A stretch of DNA of 64,000 nt, from NCBI GenBank assembly GCA_043228905.1, contig JBHGNT010000008.1, positions 14,260,001-14,324,000 of the forward strand, given 5' to 3'. This DNA comes from Azolla caroliniana. Taxonomy: Eukaryota; Plantae; Polypodiophyta. Each line of letters opens with the position of its first letter. The stretch's first letter is position 1. Shown piece by piece: positions 38,453 to 52,000 of this stretch. Below the pieces are notes generated by a model. The model was not told the DNA's origin. It saw only the letters and a list, made by a program, of their open reading frames with translations, and made no database searches. The position numbers and the translations under genes are program-made.

Positions 38453-39135
38453 TGACATGAACTACACGCTCCCTATGCGCAATGCTCGGCCACAACCGAG
38501 CTTAGAATCATACACAAAAAATAGGGAATGAAACACAACACGATAGAGAGAAGAGTACGCAGGATGTTTACGTGGAAAACCCAAACTCGGGAAAAACCAC
38601 GGCAGCCCACAGACTGCAAACTATCACTATGTCAGAATGTACAATAAGAAAGCACCGAGGCCACGACCTCGACCTTGCTATCTTCGCCACAGGCGGCGGT
38701 TACAATCAAAGGCAACGACCTCTTCCTCTCTCTCACTCTCTCTGTACACAGTTGTGCGCTCTAATCTTGCGCCAACAAGAATGACAATAACTCCAATTTA
38801 AGTTTGCCCTAAGTCATATTTATACTAATATTACTTTTCGTCTATTTACAAATATAGCCCCGATGGCTTCTCAGGAAAACATATTTACGAATATGTCCCT
38901 TCATCCTGTGAGCACTTCTCACCGGGTCTTCACCATCCGGCGCTTACCGGGCACTCGTCATCTGGTTCTCCGTAGCCGGGTACTCCTCATCCAGTTCTCA
39001 CCAGGTCTTCACCATCCGGCTCTTGCCGGGTACTCCTCATCCGGTTCTCACTGGGTCTTCCGTAGCCGGGTATTCCTCATCCGGTTTCGACATTGTTCTC
39101 CTCACTTCCCATCCGGAGGGACCTGTTTCCTAACA
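38453..39135 (-). mobile_element. Solo LTR of the element-D family inside element F
   Basis: TGACATGAAC...CCTAACA, colinear with D LTRs; TSD AGATT/AGATC. Confidence 0.9.
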
Positions 39136-40558
39136 AGATCAAAGGTCTTGAGAGCTCAGGTACATGTCGGACATCATGTAGTACTAATGTAGAACCACCT
39201 GGGAGATTGAGTTCTACAATACCGATTCCGATAATAGCGTAGTGCTACGAATTTCCGACTTGTACTGAGTTGGAGTGTCAGGCCGAATATTGCCGAAACT
39301 AGGATCTGTGAGGGGTCACATGGTAGGACGCACCTGAATCCAAGAGCCATATGCTCAATTCCTCAGTTGTAAGTAGAGTTTCTGATTCGACTGGGCTTTC
39401 AATTGATAGTATCTTCGGGTCGTTCGACAATACTTCGACTGAAGAGCCGATGTAATTGACCTCCTCATGCCGGCCACTCTTTTGATCAGCTCGCCAAGCC
39501 TTATCATTCTTGTCTCTAAGTGCAGTCGGGAAGAACTTCTTCCTCAACTATTTGATCGGTCGGTCAAACCTTATACTACATAAACTTCATCTGTCGAATC
39601 TTTTGCAAACGATTTCCTCCGAGCTGCCTCAATCAGTATTGCAATCGTATCTTCAGAGTACTTCACCGTGATAGTAGAAACATTGCACACAATTGTGACG
39701 AAATTTTCCCACAAAGGAGGGAGACTACTCATGAGCAACATTGTTCTTAGTTCATCCTCAATTGTCGTCCCTTGAACCGAAATTTGGAAGCTTAAGCTTT
39801 TGTACTCATTCAAGTGTGCCTAGAACGAGTCAGATTCTTTCATCCGAAGGTTGTAAAGGTGCCGAATCAGATAGATCTTTGTGGTGGCTACCTTCTTCTG
39901 ATAAGTGTTTGACAATGTCTTCCATAGTTGAAAGGCGGTAGAACACGACTGCACTGTGAAGTACACTAACTTTGACAGGTGCATTCGAATGGTGGCTCAG
40001 ACAATTCTATCAAGTTTCGTCCACTCATTCGGCTTGATTCCTTCTGGGGGTTTTCGTTCTCGATTGGGTCTATCTGACCCTTGATTATCAGGTAGTCTTA
40101 CATCTTCTCCTTCCAGAAGTTGAAGTTTGATCCATCGAACTTCCGTAGACTCATTTCTAATGAGCCGAAGGTTGATGCCATCTGTGTCGGCATGTTAGAA
40201 TGTTCAGAGTTGACTACAAACGATGGTGGGATGCAATCGATTGGCTCACCCGATATTGTTCTAGTCGGATTCGAACCCGAGTTGAATCGATTTCGACTTA
40301 TTGGCATATTCTGTCAGAAGTGGTTATAGTCCATTGACTTAGCCGAATTGGACACGAATGCACTGATTAGCCGATTGGATTTCTAGAAAAATACCAATCA
40401 CAGATTATATACCAGTTATGCAGGCCAATCCTGGTATGAATGAGTACGACGAGCCTACTGGTCTTTCCGAATGTTGTCTAGTTGAATGAAGCACAAATAG
40501 GGGTTGTTCCTGTTGTGAACGTCGCAGTGTCGTGCAGAACAAATCAACACTCTCCTGA

Positions 40559-42870
40559 TGTGAAGATTATAAGTGGATGCAAGCAAGGTGGATTGATGAC
40601 ATCAGAAATAGAAACAAAGAAACAAGATACAACTAGAACGTAAGAGAGAGAGAGAGAGAGAAGATTAGGCACAGGATGAACTATATTTCAATCACACTTT
40701 AAAACTAGGTTACAAAGTCAGTTTATATACGGACTAACTTAGGGCAGTTGCCCTTCTCACTATTTACATAAATAGCCTAAACCTAGTATGTACAAAAGGG
40801 ACAAATGTGAATACGTCCATTAGAGACCCATATTCAACACTCCCTCGTAATGGGCGTATACATCTGAAATCTATAGTATAGAAATAGGTGTACAATACAG
40901 ATTAGTACAAAGTTTTCGAACAAATCGATTTTTTGTTCGAGTCGGAAAACTCTGAAAAACAGAAGGCCGAATTGGCCAAGGTCGAACCTCGAACTGTTGA
41001 AGTCGATTGTTCGAAAACATCTTGAGTGTCCGACTGAATTAGACTAATTTTTCGTTACGCCCATTTGGTGCCAAAGGGATCGAAATTGATCCTCCGAAAG
41101 ACATTTGGTTATTCCATCTGGGACATTGTCGATTGTAGTATCTTCTCGAGCCCGGTTTTTCCTAAAATGATAGTCTCGAACAAAGTGCTATCGGACGTCG
41201 ATGTGCTTCGAGGCATTGTGCTAAACCGGATTTTTTGATAGAGTGACAACACCCTGGCTATCGTTATAGACAATTGGAGCCGAGCTGGGTTTGGCTTGTC
41301 GAAACATGCACGCTAGCCAACCGAGCCATAAGGCCTCTTTTGCTGCATTGGACGCGGCTATGTACTTGGCCTCGGTTGCTGATGTGGCTATGTAGTCCTG
41401 AAGTTTCAATTTCCATGAGATCGCTCCATTGCCGAATTTGAAGCAATATCCAATTGTAGACTTTCTACTGAAGTGTTGATCAGACCGAATAGGATGCCAT
41501 GGTGTTTTGTGCCCACGAGATATCTAAACACATGCGTTACTACATTCCACTGCGATCGGCCGGGATTGTGTATGAATCTGTTGATGGCTCCGACGGCGTG
41601 AGCAATGTCAGGCCGTGTCGCGACCATTGCGTACATCAGGGAGCCGACTGCCGGTGCATACAGAACCGACTTCATTATTTCTCCCTCCGAACCGGATTTT
41701 GGATAGTCTCGCTGAGACAGCTGAAGGCTAATGGGGAGCTGGTTCGAAGCAGATTTAGCTGATTGCATGTTGAAGCGTTCGAGGAGACGTTTGATATAAT
41801 CGAATTGGGACAAAAACAATTGTCTTCGATTTCGATTTCGACTAATTTTCATGCCAAGAATGTGTCTTGTTGGACCGAGGTCCTTCATGGCAAACTGCAA
41901 CTGTAGTTGCCAAACAAGTTTGGTGAGCTCTCCATCATGCTGACTGGAGAGTAGCATGTCGTCCATGTAGATGATGAGGAAGATCGGTGACCCATCTTGA
42001 GCAGTTTTTTTGAAGAGATAGTGGTCCTCATCACTCTTTGAGAAGCCGACCAACTAGATGAAGTCGTTGAACTTCTTATACCACTGGAGCGGTGCTTGTT
42101 TCAGGCCGTAAAGACTCTTCTTGAGTCGGTAGACTAGATGTTCTTGGCCGGGTACCGTAAAGCCTTTCGACTGCTCCATATAAATTTCCTCCTCTTGGTT
42201 TCCATGGAGTAATGCCGTTTTGACATCTAGTTGAATTAGCTCCAAATTCTTGGTTGGCACTACCCCGAGCATGAATCAAAGGGTTGTCATTTTTACCACT
42301 GGTCAGAAGATTTCGTCAAAATCGACGTCATATTCATGTCGAAAACCCTTAGCTACTAGTCTGGCCTTGAACTTTAGAGTGGCCGAATCAGACGTCTCTT
42401 TAACTCGATAGACCCATTTGCACGGGAGAGCGCATCGATTCTTCGGTAATTCGACCAAGTCCCAAGTTTTATTTGCACGAATGGAGTTCATTTCCGACTC
42501 CATGGCGAGATGCCAGGTGACCGAATCAGCTGAAGCCGATGCTTCTTCATATGACACCGGTTCTCTAGCGTCCGTAAAAAAGATTCCAGGAGAGTATCTC
42601 TCCGGGGGTTACAATAGTCTCTCGGATCTTCGCAGTGGGATTGGACTAGTCACATCGGGTATCGAGGTCGGATGGTCAAAAGCCGAAACATTCGGCTGTG
42701 CCGAGTTGGGGCTTGAGGATTCGGCTACCCATGAAGCCGATCTCATGTTATGGGTTGGGCCTTCATGAAGGGTTTGCACTTCGGAGAAAGTTACCCTTCA
42801 GACTTCAATGGGCCTTTCGACCGTCTTATACATAGCCGACTCATTGAACACTACGTTCGAACTTCGGATA
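40559..42870 (-). mobile_element. 3' half of copia element G (same lineage as F)
   Basis: LTR to ~40839 (TATTCAACA) followed by PPT; RT/RH ORFs 41221-42557 paralogous to F. Truncated by gypsy sequence at ~42880; boundaries approximate. Confidence 0.75.
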
Positions 42871-42879
42871 CTGTTGGGG

Positions 42880-44376
42880 GTGTGGATCACTTCGGATCAA
42901 GTACACAATAAAATAAAGAAGAACAAGACAACTCAGATATTCGTGGAGAGAAAACAATCGAAAGGGATCGCTTATTCACACATTGAATAAAATGAGTACA
43001 ATCAATAGACAAAGAAGAGTTTTTATTATAAAACCAGGGATAACCCAGTATTACATTAGTGGTACAAAGATTCATTACATGGAAGACTACTTACTCTACA
43101 TAAGTATCAATAAAAATTCCTAATGAATGAATCGCCCCGTTGATGTATTGTACTCTTCCATCAGCCAAGTGCAGATTATAGGTGTGATCACTTATGGTGG
43201 GTTGGATTCCCCATATCTGAACCAAATGATCATTCACAAAATTGTGTGAGCTTCCCGAATAAAATAAAAATTGTATGGGAGATCCATTGACATACCTATT
43301 TGCACGTAGTAAATCATTGGGTCCCGATACATAGTGAGGGAAAGAACACTGACAATTACTTAAATGATGTGTATAGACCTCAAGGACATTAGGAATTGGA
43401 CCTTTATGGTCTGCAATGTTTGCTTTGTTGTCGTGCTCTTTCCATTGGAGCTTTCAACATTGTTCTTTTGTATGACCCTTCTTTTTGTAGAATACACAAA
43501 AAGGATGTTGTCGCTTACAACCGCGATCCACAAATTCGTTAAGTGTCTTGCGTTTCCCAGCGAATTGCGACTACTTAGTCCTGAGCGCTTCGTTGGGTTT
43601 GTTATGGTCCTTCTTCGAAGTGCGTTGATAGCGAATAACTATTTCAACGGCCTATTCGAAGGATTTTGGATCCTTATCATGCTCTATCCAGTGATACTGA
43701 GGTCGTTGGAGACGGTCAATTAGATCGTTAGCACGGGGCAATGGATATGAATTCTTGATTGTCACTTTATTCAAGTGTCGGTAATTAATACACATACGCC
43801 ATGTGCCCTCTTTCTTTTCCACCAAGAGAACAAGTGCACCCGATGGAGATTTACTATAATGTATATAACCCATTCGTAAATAGTCCTTGAGTTGCTTAGA
43901 TACCTCATCCTCTTCGGATCGACTTAAGCAATAAGGAGTTATACTCATTGGTGCAACACTAGGTACAATATCTAAATGAGGGTCTATGTTACGTTTAGAA
44001 GGTAACCCATGTGGTAGTTCGGTCGGAAAAACATCACGAAAATCATTTAAGATTTCATCGAGTTGTTGTTGTTCAAAATATGATAATTGACCTGAGACAT
44101 CATTGATATTATAACGTGAATGTTCGGATCAAGTACACAATAAAATAAAGAAGAACAAGACAACTCGGATATTGATGGAGAGGAAACAATCGAAAGATAT
44201 TGTTTATTTACACATTGAATAAAATGTGTACAATGGTTTAGTACAAAGGTAATGGAATGGTGAACCCAATAAATAGAGAAAGAAGAGTTTTTATTAAAAA
44301 AACAGGGATAACCCAATATTACATTAGCGGTACAAAGATTCATTACATGGAAGCCTACTTACTCTATATAGGTATC
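42880..44376 (-). mobile_element. Rearranged Ty3/gypsy (chromovirus-like) gag-PR-RT fragments
   Basis: RT start ...[30 protein letters not shown]; the protease end NVILGYPW is present twice (42891-43108 and 44123-44376). Confidence 0.75.
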
Positions 44377-47300
44377 TATAAAGAATTGGGTATGATTCTT
44401 GTGCAACGGAAGAGATGTGTGTTATGTGTGTGAGAGGAAATAAAGGAGAGAAGAGAAAACACAAGATGAATAGATGAATGGAAAATAGAATACCCAAGAA
44501 GAAGATGTATATTCACAAGTAGAATAAGAGATACAAAATGTAGCATTACAAGGAGTCAACAACCGACTTAGTATGAAGTAGGAGAAGGGTGCTTTATATA
44601 AGGTCACCCTCTATCGTCATTAACTCACTACAACAACTACTCTCTCTTGGAGAATGTGAAGACTCATAGTCATGGGGAATATAGAACTCATTAGTTATGT
44701 GTCATAGAATATGGTTCTATGACACATAGTTAATGTGTAGAGAGTAGTGGTGTGACTCTTGACCTTTGAGTGATCATAGATTCTCAAAGGGTGTGTTCAC
44801 ACGTTGCACTATGTTAAGCTTGATTCTCAACACCTCCCCTCAAGCTCAACTTGGGTTGGTTCCTTTCGGTTGATTTCTGTTGAGATACAAGCTCAACATT
44901 GGGAGCGTAACTAAAGGCCATATCGGTGAGTAAACCAGAGCGCGAGGGTTGAGACTCCTCTGTAGCTGACAGAAAAGCAAGCGAACAAGAGAGAGACAAG
45001 TTCTCGGTTTCGGAAAAGAAAAGAAGGAAAGAAATGGACAGAAACATCGCAAGCTCGCTTCCTATTGAAAAGCTCGACCGGAGCAACTATGCGTCCTGGT
45101 CGTACAAGATGCACCAGTATTTCTTGGGGCACGGCTACTGGAGCTATGTAGAAGGAGCAAATGTAGCAGCGCCGGAATCAACACACAAGCACTTTTCGGT
45201 GTGGGAACAAGGAGTGAGCATAGTGTTGTACTGTCTCACGTCCTGCGTGCATGATCAGATGCTTGGTTACATTAGAGATGTGAAGACGCTGAAGGAGGCC
45301 TGGGAAAATCTGAAAAAGATTTTTGCCGCAAGTACCACAGCTCGGAAGTTGCAACTCAGGTACGAGCTCAACAGTATCCGACAAAGGGACATGTCGGTGC
45401 TTGAGTACACCACGAAGGTAAAGGAGATCTGTGACGCATTAGGGCCCCTCAATTTCACGGTGGATGAAGAAGAAATGGTACTGATTTTCCTTGGTTGTCT
45501 AACGCAAAGGTACGAGCCTATTTGGACAGCTATTTGCAGTCGGGAGAAACCATCGTCATTCTTTGACTTGCAATTGATGCTAATGGTTGATGAAAACCAC
45601 GCTAGTGTGTCGAGGACCACTCAATTGGACAACTAGATGTTGTACACATAGGCGGATCGGCCCAGTGGGCATGGAAGGCGAGGTGGGTCTGCATGTGTTG
45701 GAAGTGGCTGACAAGAGCAGAACCGGAGGCACAATGATGGTGTTGACAATAGTTCCAGACCCCCCACAAGTAGGGGGAGTCAAGGCGGTGTCGGGAGCCG
45801 GGAAGAGAGGACCGCAATAGAATGTTGGTACTGTGGCCGGAAGGGCCACACAGAGAGTGAGTTCTAGAAGAAGTGTGCTGATCTGGACAAATCCGGATCG
45901 AGCAAGGCCGGTCGGGGAAACCGGCAAAGCTCGCACTATGCGGAGGGACCGAAAGGATCCGGTTCCAGAGATGGAATGGGCCCAGCCTTTGTGATGAAAT
46001 ACAAGGCCAATTCGATGAAGACAAGCACCTCGAAACCGAATGAGGTATGGTATGTTGATTCCGGAGAGTCAAACCATATGACAAGCCACGCGGAGTTGTT
46101 TGCTTATCTAGAAAAACCAGAACATCCGGGGGTGGTCGAAACCGGAGACGACACCTCGTATACCATCGAGCATGTCGGTGAAGTCCCCCTCAGCCATGTT
46201 GGGAAGAAGGGAAAGCTGATGAACATTGTGCACGTCCCCAAAATAACAAATAATCTGGTGTCGGTTGGATAGATTGTCGACCAGGGAATGCAAGTGCGAT
46301 CACACATGTCGGGTGCTTCATCGAGGATGAGGGCCAAATTATCGCGCAAGGGCGAAGAGATGGGGGGATGTTCATCCTCGACCCCAATGACACTAGGACC
46401 GCTTTGTTCGCGAAAGGACAAAAAAGTCGAGTCAGATATTGACTTATGGCATAAGCGGATAGGCCACGTCAACTACAAGAGGCTTCAGAACCTGCAATCG
46501 AAACATGTTGTGTTCGGATTGCTGAAATTCAATGGCCATATGGCCCCAATTTGTGAAGCCTGCCAGCTAGGGAAGCAACACTGATTTCCTTTCCCAAACG
46601 AGCATAACTGGAGTCAAAATACGCTCGACTTGATACACTCAGATGTATGGGGACCGACACAGAGCGTAAGTCTTAGCGGGAGTCTATATTTTGTCTCCTT
46701 CATCGATGACCACAACTGGCACACATGGATCTACCTCATTGAAAAGAAGAGTGAAGTCTTCGATTGTTTCCGAAACGTGCAAAAACTTGTTGAAAGGGAA
46801 ATAGAAAGGTAGATCAAGTGCTTGCGGTTGGATGGCGAAAAAGAGTACTTTTTCGGCCAATTCAACTGTTATCTGCAACAAATGGGAATTGGCACGAATT
46901 GAGTTGCAGATATACGCTGTTCGAACAAAATGGTGTAGCCGAAAGGAAGAATCGTTTAGTTGTGGAATCGGCATGGGCGATGCTGGAAGAAAAGAGCATG
47001 CCCAAGTTCTATTGGGCCGAAGTGGTACAAACTGCGGTTTACTTCCAGAATCAAATCGGAGGAAAGGTGTTTGCACATGACTTGTATTTCGGAAAGAAGC
47101 CGAACGTACGACACCTGAGGGTATTCGGGAGCATTGCCTATGTGCACGTGCCCGATGAGAAGTGAAGGAAGCTGGATCCGAAGTTGGAGAAATGTGTATT
47201 GGTCGGTTACTCATGTGAACAGATGCGTTATAACTGCTATAACCCCTGGACCAAGCAAGTTCGAGTGAGCCGAGATGTCGTACTCGACGAATCCACGTCG

Positions 47301-49015
47301 TGGTACTTTCCTTCGCCTCTAACCCCTAACAACTCCATTCTGATCTCTGAAGACAAGGTCAGTGAGGCCGAAATGCCTCCGGATGAAGAAGCAATCGGAG
47401 CTCTTGAAGAGAGTCTGATTTCATTCAGGCTAAACGGGTCAAATGAGAGACTGAGTCAGAATGACCACTCTGACGACGAGTCGGCAAGTACTAGAGACTT
47501 AGCCGTGCAATCCCTGTGCCGGAAGTCGAGGAGATGGCTTACGCGCGAAGAGAAGGGAAAGAAGAAGATGCTGGAGTATGGCACTGATAAAGACAAGTCA
47601 GATTGAAGTGAATTTGACTCTGGGAAAAATGAACACAGACCTTCGGAAACGAAGTTCGCGTCGGCCAAGAGGGCCTCCAAATCGGCTAATGAGCAATTAT
47701 GCCGATCTACCCATAGAAGAGCCCCATGGTGCGCTTCAGATACAACGAGTACATGGAGCATCATTGTGCGTACATGATGTGAGTGGCGGAAATGCGTGAG
47801 CCGGAGAGCTACGCGGAAGCGGCGAAGGATGCAAATTGGCGTGCCACAAGGGAGGAAGAGATGTGCGCATTAGTGGAAAATGAAACCTGGGACTTTGTTG
47901 ACGCCCCGAAGGGTGTAAAGACGATTGGATTTAGGTGGGTGTACAAGGTCAAGTACAACACCAATGGCTCTGTCAATTGCTACAAGGGCCAGTTAGTGGC
48001 GAAGGGATAGGCACACCAACACGACATCGACTACGATCAGACCTAAGCGCCGGTCGTGAAGATGACAACCGTTTGTGTCCTGCTGGTGGTAGCCGCGGTA
48101 AAGGGGTGACATTTACATCAGAAGTATGCGTTCCTACAAGGAGAACTTGAGGAACAGGTGTACATGGTACAACCCCCCGGATTTCAGTCCGGAAAGAACA
48201 CCTGAGAGGTTGACAAGAACTACGCGCTCTCTAAACACAATGCTCAACCACAACCGAGTCTAGGATCAAACACAGAAAACGGGTAAGGTACGCACGACAC
48301 AGTGAAGAGAAGAGTGCAGAGGATGTTAAGGTGGAAAACCCAAACTAGGGAAAAACCACGACAACCCACAGACTGCAAACTATCACTATATCACAATGTA
48401 CAATAGTAAAGCACCGAGGCAACGACCTCGAGCTTGCTATCTTTGCCACAGGCGGCGGTTACAATAGAGGCAATGACCTCTTCCTCTCTCTCTCTCTCTC
48501 TCTGTACACAGTTACGCACAGAGTCTTGCACCAACAAGAATGAATACAATACTCTCTACACTAAGTTTGCCCTAAGTCATATTTATACTAATATGACTTT
48601 TCGGCTATTAACAAATATAGCCCCAATGGACTCTCAGAAACATATTTACGAATATGTCCCTTCATCCGGTGAGCACTCCTCACCGGGCCTGCATCATCCT
48701 GCTCTTGCCGGTACTCGCCATCTGGTTCTCACATGGCTTTCCTTACCGGGTACTCGTCATCCGGTTCTCACCGGGCTTTCTTTACCGGGTACTCGTCATC
48801 CGGTTCTCACCGGGCCTTCACCATCCGGCTCTTTTCGGGTACTCGTCATCCGATTCTCACCGGGCTTTCCTTACCGGGTACTCGTCATCCGGTTCTCACC
48901 GGGTCTTCCGTTGCCGGGTACTCCACATCCGGATTCGGCCTCGGCCGAGTTTCTCATCAACACTGTTCTTCTCACTTCCCATCCGGAGGGACCTGTTTCC
49001 TAACAAACTCCCCCT

Positions 49016-52000
49016 TCACTCCGGCATGGGATGTCATACTAGTCCGATCCGCTTCCGACATGCATCCAACTTGTCGGGTATCAGTACTTTGGTCAGCATA
49101 TCTGACCCGTTCTCGGCCGTGTGGATCTTCGTCAACGCGAATTCTCGATCTTCTACTCGCTCCCGAATCTAGTGATACCTACGCTGGATGTGCTTCGTCC
49201 TGGAGTGGTACGCTACATTCTTAGCAAGGTGGATGGCACTTTGATTGTCGCAATAGAGCCGGTGTTCATCTTGCCGGATACCGAGCTCTCCGATGAAGTC
49301 CTTCATCCATAATATTTCCTTGTCGGCTTCCACAACCGCCATGTACTCCGCCTCCGTGGTTGACAATGCAACCGTCTTCTGCAGCCTCGACTGCCACGAA
49401 ACAACTCCCCCTGCATATGTCATTACATACCTGGATGTAGACCGGCTGGTATCCACATCAGTCGACATGTCCGAATCGGTAAAACCGTCAAGTTGAGGTT
49501 TACCGGAGCCGAATCGGAGACACATATTCGAAGTGCCCTTCAGGTACTGGAGTATCCATTTGACCGCGTTCCAGTGCTCCTTGCCGGGATTGCTCATGAA
49601 CCGGCTCACCACTCCGACTGCGTATCCTATATCCAGTCGGGTACACACCATTGCGTACATTAAGCTCCCGACGGCAGAGGCGTATGGAACCTTCATCATA
49701 TCAGCCTTCTCTGCTTTCGTCTTTGGCCTTTGCTTACCGGATAATCTGCAGTTTGCCGGGAGTGTTGATCCGACCGGTTTCGCTTCCAACATGTTGAACC
49801 GCTGAAGCACCTTTGTCACGTATTTCTCATGTGATAGCCACAATTGCTTCGTTGGCCGGTTCCGGATGATATGCATCCCCAACATCTGTCTTGCCGGACC
49901 CAAGTCTTTCATTGAGAAGTTTCGATTGAGAGCCTTCTTCAGCATCCATATTTTGGCTTGATCCCGTCCGATGATCAACATGTCGTCCACATACAGAAGG
50001 AGTATCAGGAAGTCGCCTCCTTCGAACTTCTTCACAAACACGCAGTGATTGGCCTGCGTCTTGTGGTACCCTTGATCGGTCATGAAGGAGTCGAACTTCC
50101 GGTACCATTGTCGGGGAGCTTGCTTCAGTCCGTATAGGCTCTTCTTCAACCGGCAAACTAGGTGCTCCTTCCCTTTCTCCACGAATCCTTCCGGTTGCTG
50201 CATGTAGATCTCCTCTTTGAGGTCACCGTGAAGGAATGTCGTCTTCACGTCCAGCTGCTCTACCTCGAGGTCCATGCTTGCAGCTATACTCAACATCGTC
50301 CGGATGGAGGTCATCTTTACTACCGGGGCAAATATCTCATCGAAGTCCACGCCCTTCTTCTGTTTGAACCCCTTCACCACGATCCTGGCTTTGTATCTCG
50401 GGGGGTTGCCGGCATCTCCCGGTTTCAACTTGAACACCCACTTGTTTCGGAGTGCCTGCTTTCCTTTCGACAACTCCACCAATTCGTACGTATGGTTCTC
50501 ATGCAGGGAATCCATCTCATCCTGCATGACACTTAACCATTTGCGGTTATGGGCATCACTTTTAGCTTCCTCGAAGCTTTCTGGCTCCCCCTCATCAGTC
50601 AACAGCACATGCTCTGCATCCGGAAATCTCCGGGGGGCCCTTCTCTCTCTGAGAGGATATCTCCGTCTTTGGCTTTCGCCAACCGGCTCCACTATTTGTT
50701 CTTCATCTGAATCCGATTCGGGATCTTGGCCGGTTCCGGTTTCACCTATTCCTTCTTCTTTGGCCTGTCTTGTCTCCTTACCGTCACAGGCCGGTTCATC
50801 AAGTGCTAACCGGTCTCTTGCCGGTTGGGTCTGCTCATCATAGAATCGATCCTTACCGGTCGACTCGGAGTTCATTATCTTCTTCTCCGACTCCCAGTCA
50901 GCGAGCGTCTTGTCCTCAATGAAAATAATATCTCGACTTCGGAATACCTTCTTGTCGGCCTGGTCCCACACTCGGTAGCTGAACTCATCGTCGCCGTAAC
51001 CGAGGAATATGCATGGCCGGGTCTTTGGATCCAACTTTCCTCTCCGGTCCTTAGCAACATGCACGTACGCGAGACACCCGAATACCTTCAGATGCCGGTA
51101 GGACACTTCCTTACCGGTCCAGACTCTCTACGGTGTGTCTCCATCCAAGGGCACTGAGGGTGATTTGTTTATCACATACATCGTTGTCGATAGCGCCTCA
51201 ACCCAAAACGTCTTGGGTAATTTTGCATGCACCAGCATACTCCGGACCCTTTCCATTATGGTTTGGTTCATCCTCTCGGCCAACCCATTTAGTTCCGACG
51301 TCTTCGGCACGGTAAATTCGAGCGGGATTCCCTTCGAGCTACAGTACTCCTCAAACTGCCCCCGATATTCACCTCCGTTATTTGCTCAAACCGCCTTCAG
51401 CTTCCGGCTGGTTTCTCTTTCCACTCTTGCGTGGAGCTCTTTGAAGACGGATAACACCTGATCTTTCGTCTTCAACAGTGTGGCCCACAGCTTCTGGCTA
51501 TGGTCATGTATGAATGTCACGAAGTACTGCGATCCGGCATGTGACTTCGTGTCCACTTGACATACATCAGTATGCACCAACTCTAGTGGTGCATTACATC
51601 TCATTGGTGGCCTGGATCGGAAGGAGGTCCGGTTTTGTTTACCGGCCAGACAATCAATCCACTTCTCCAAGTGCACGTTCTTCACTGGAATGAGGTTGTC
51701 GTCTGCAAGCCTCTTCATCCCCTTCTCGCTCATGTGACATAACCTCTTGTGCCACAGCTCACCGGCAGTGTCGGAAGCCATGTTCACTTCTTCCGGGCAT
51801 AAACGGGCATTCATCGGGTACAACGTGTTTACCTTCCAGGCCCGAGCCACAATCAGGCTCCCTTTGCTGAACTTCATAACACCGTTCTGGATGCTACCCG
51901 TGTAGCCTTCATTATCTAGCCGACCGGTTGATATCGGGTTCAGACGAACCTCTGGAACTTGTTAGACATCCTTCAGCAGCAGCTTGCATCCGGTTGGTGT

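Larger units (their letters stand above)
34933..40558 (-). mobile_element. Decayed Ty1/copia element F
   Basis: LTR-like segment ~34933-35322; PPT (CTCCCCC on +) at ~35323; RH KHIDVRYHF, RT QLDVKTAFLH, IN VHLDICGP, PR WLLDSGASYH, gag FDGSNFNFWKEKM. No clear PBS; boundaries approximate. Confidence 0.75.

Noticed and set aside
40480-40840. F and G as a tandem pair sharing one LTR
   Set aside because: No PBS is visible at the F/LTR junction and this LTR is quite diverged from F's 3' LTR; independent elements joined by a deletion are equally likely.
48434-49224. 160-190-aa repetitive ORFs in the D LTR
   Set aside because: They arise from stop-poor CCGG-rich tandem repeats and differ between sister LTRs.
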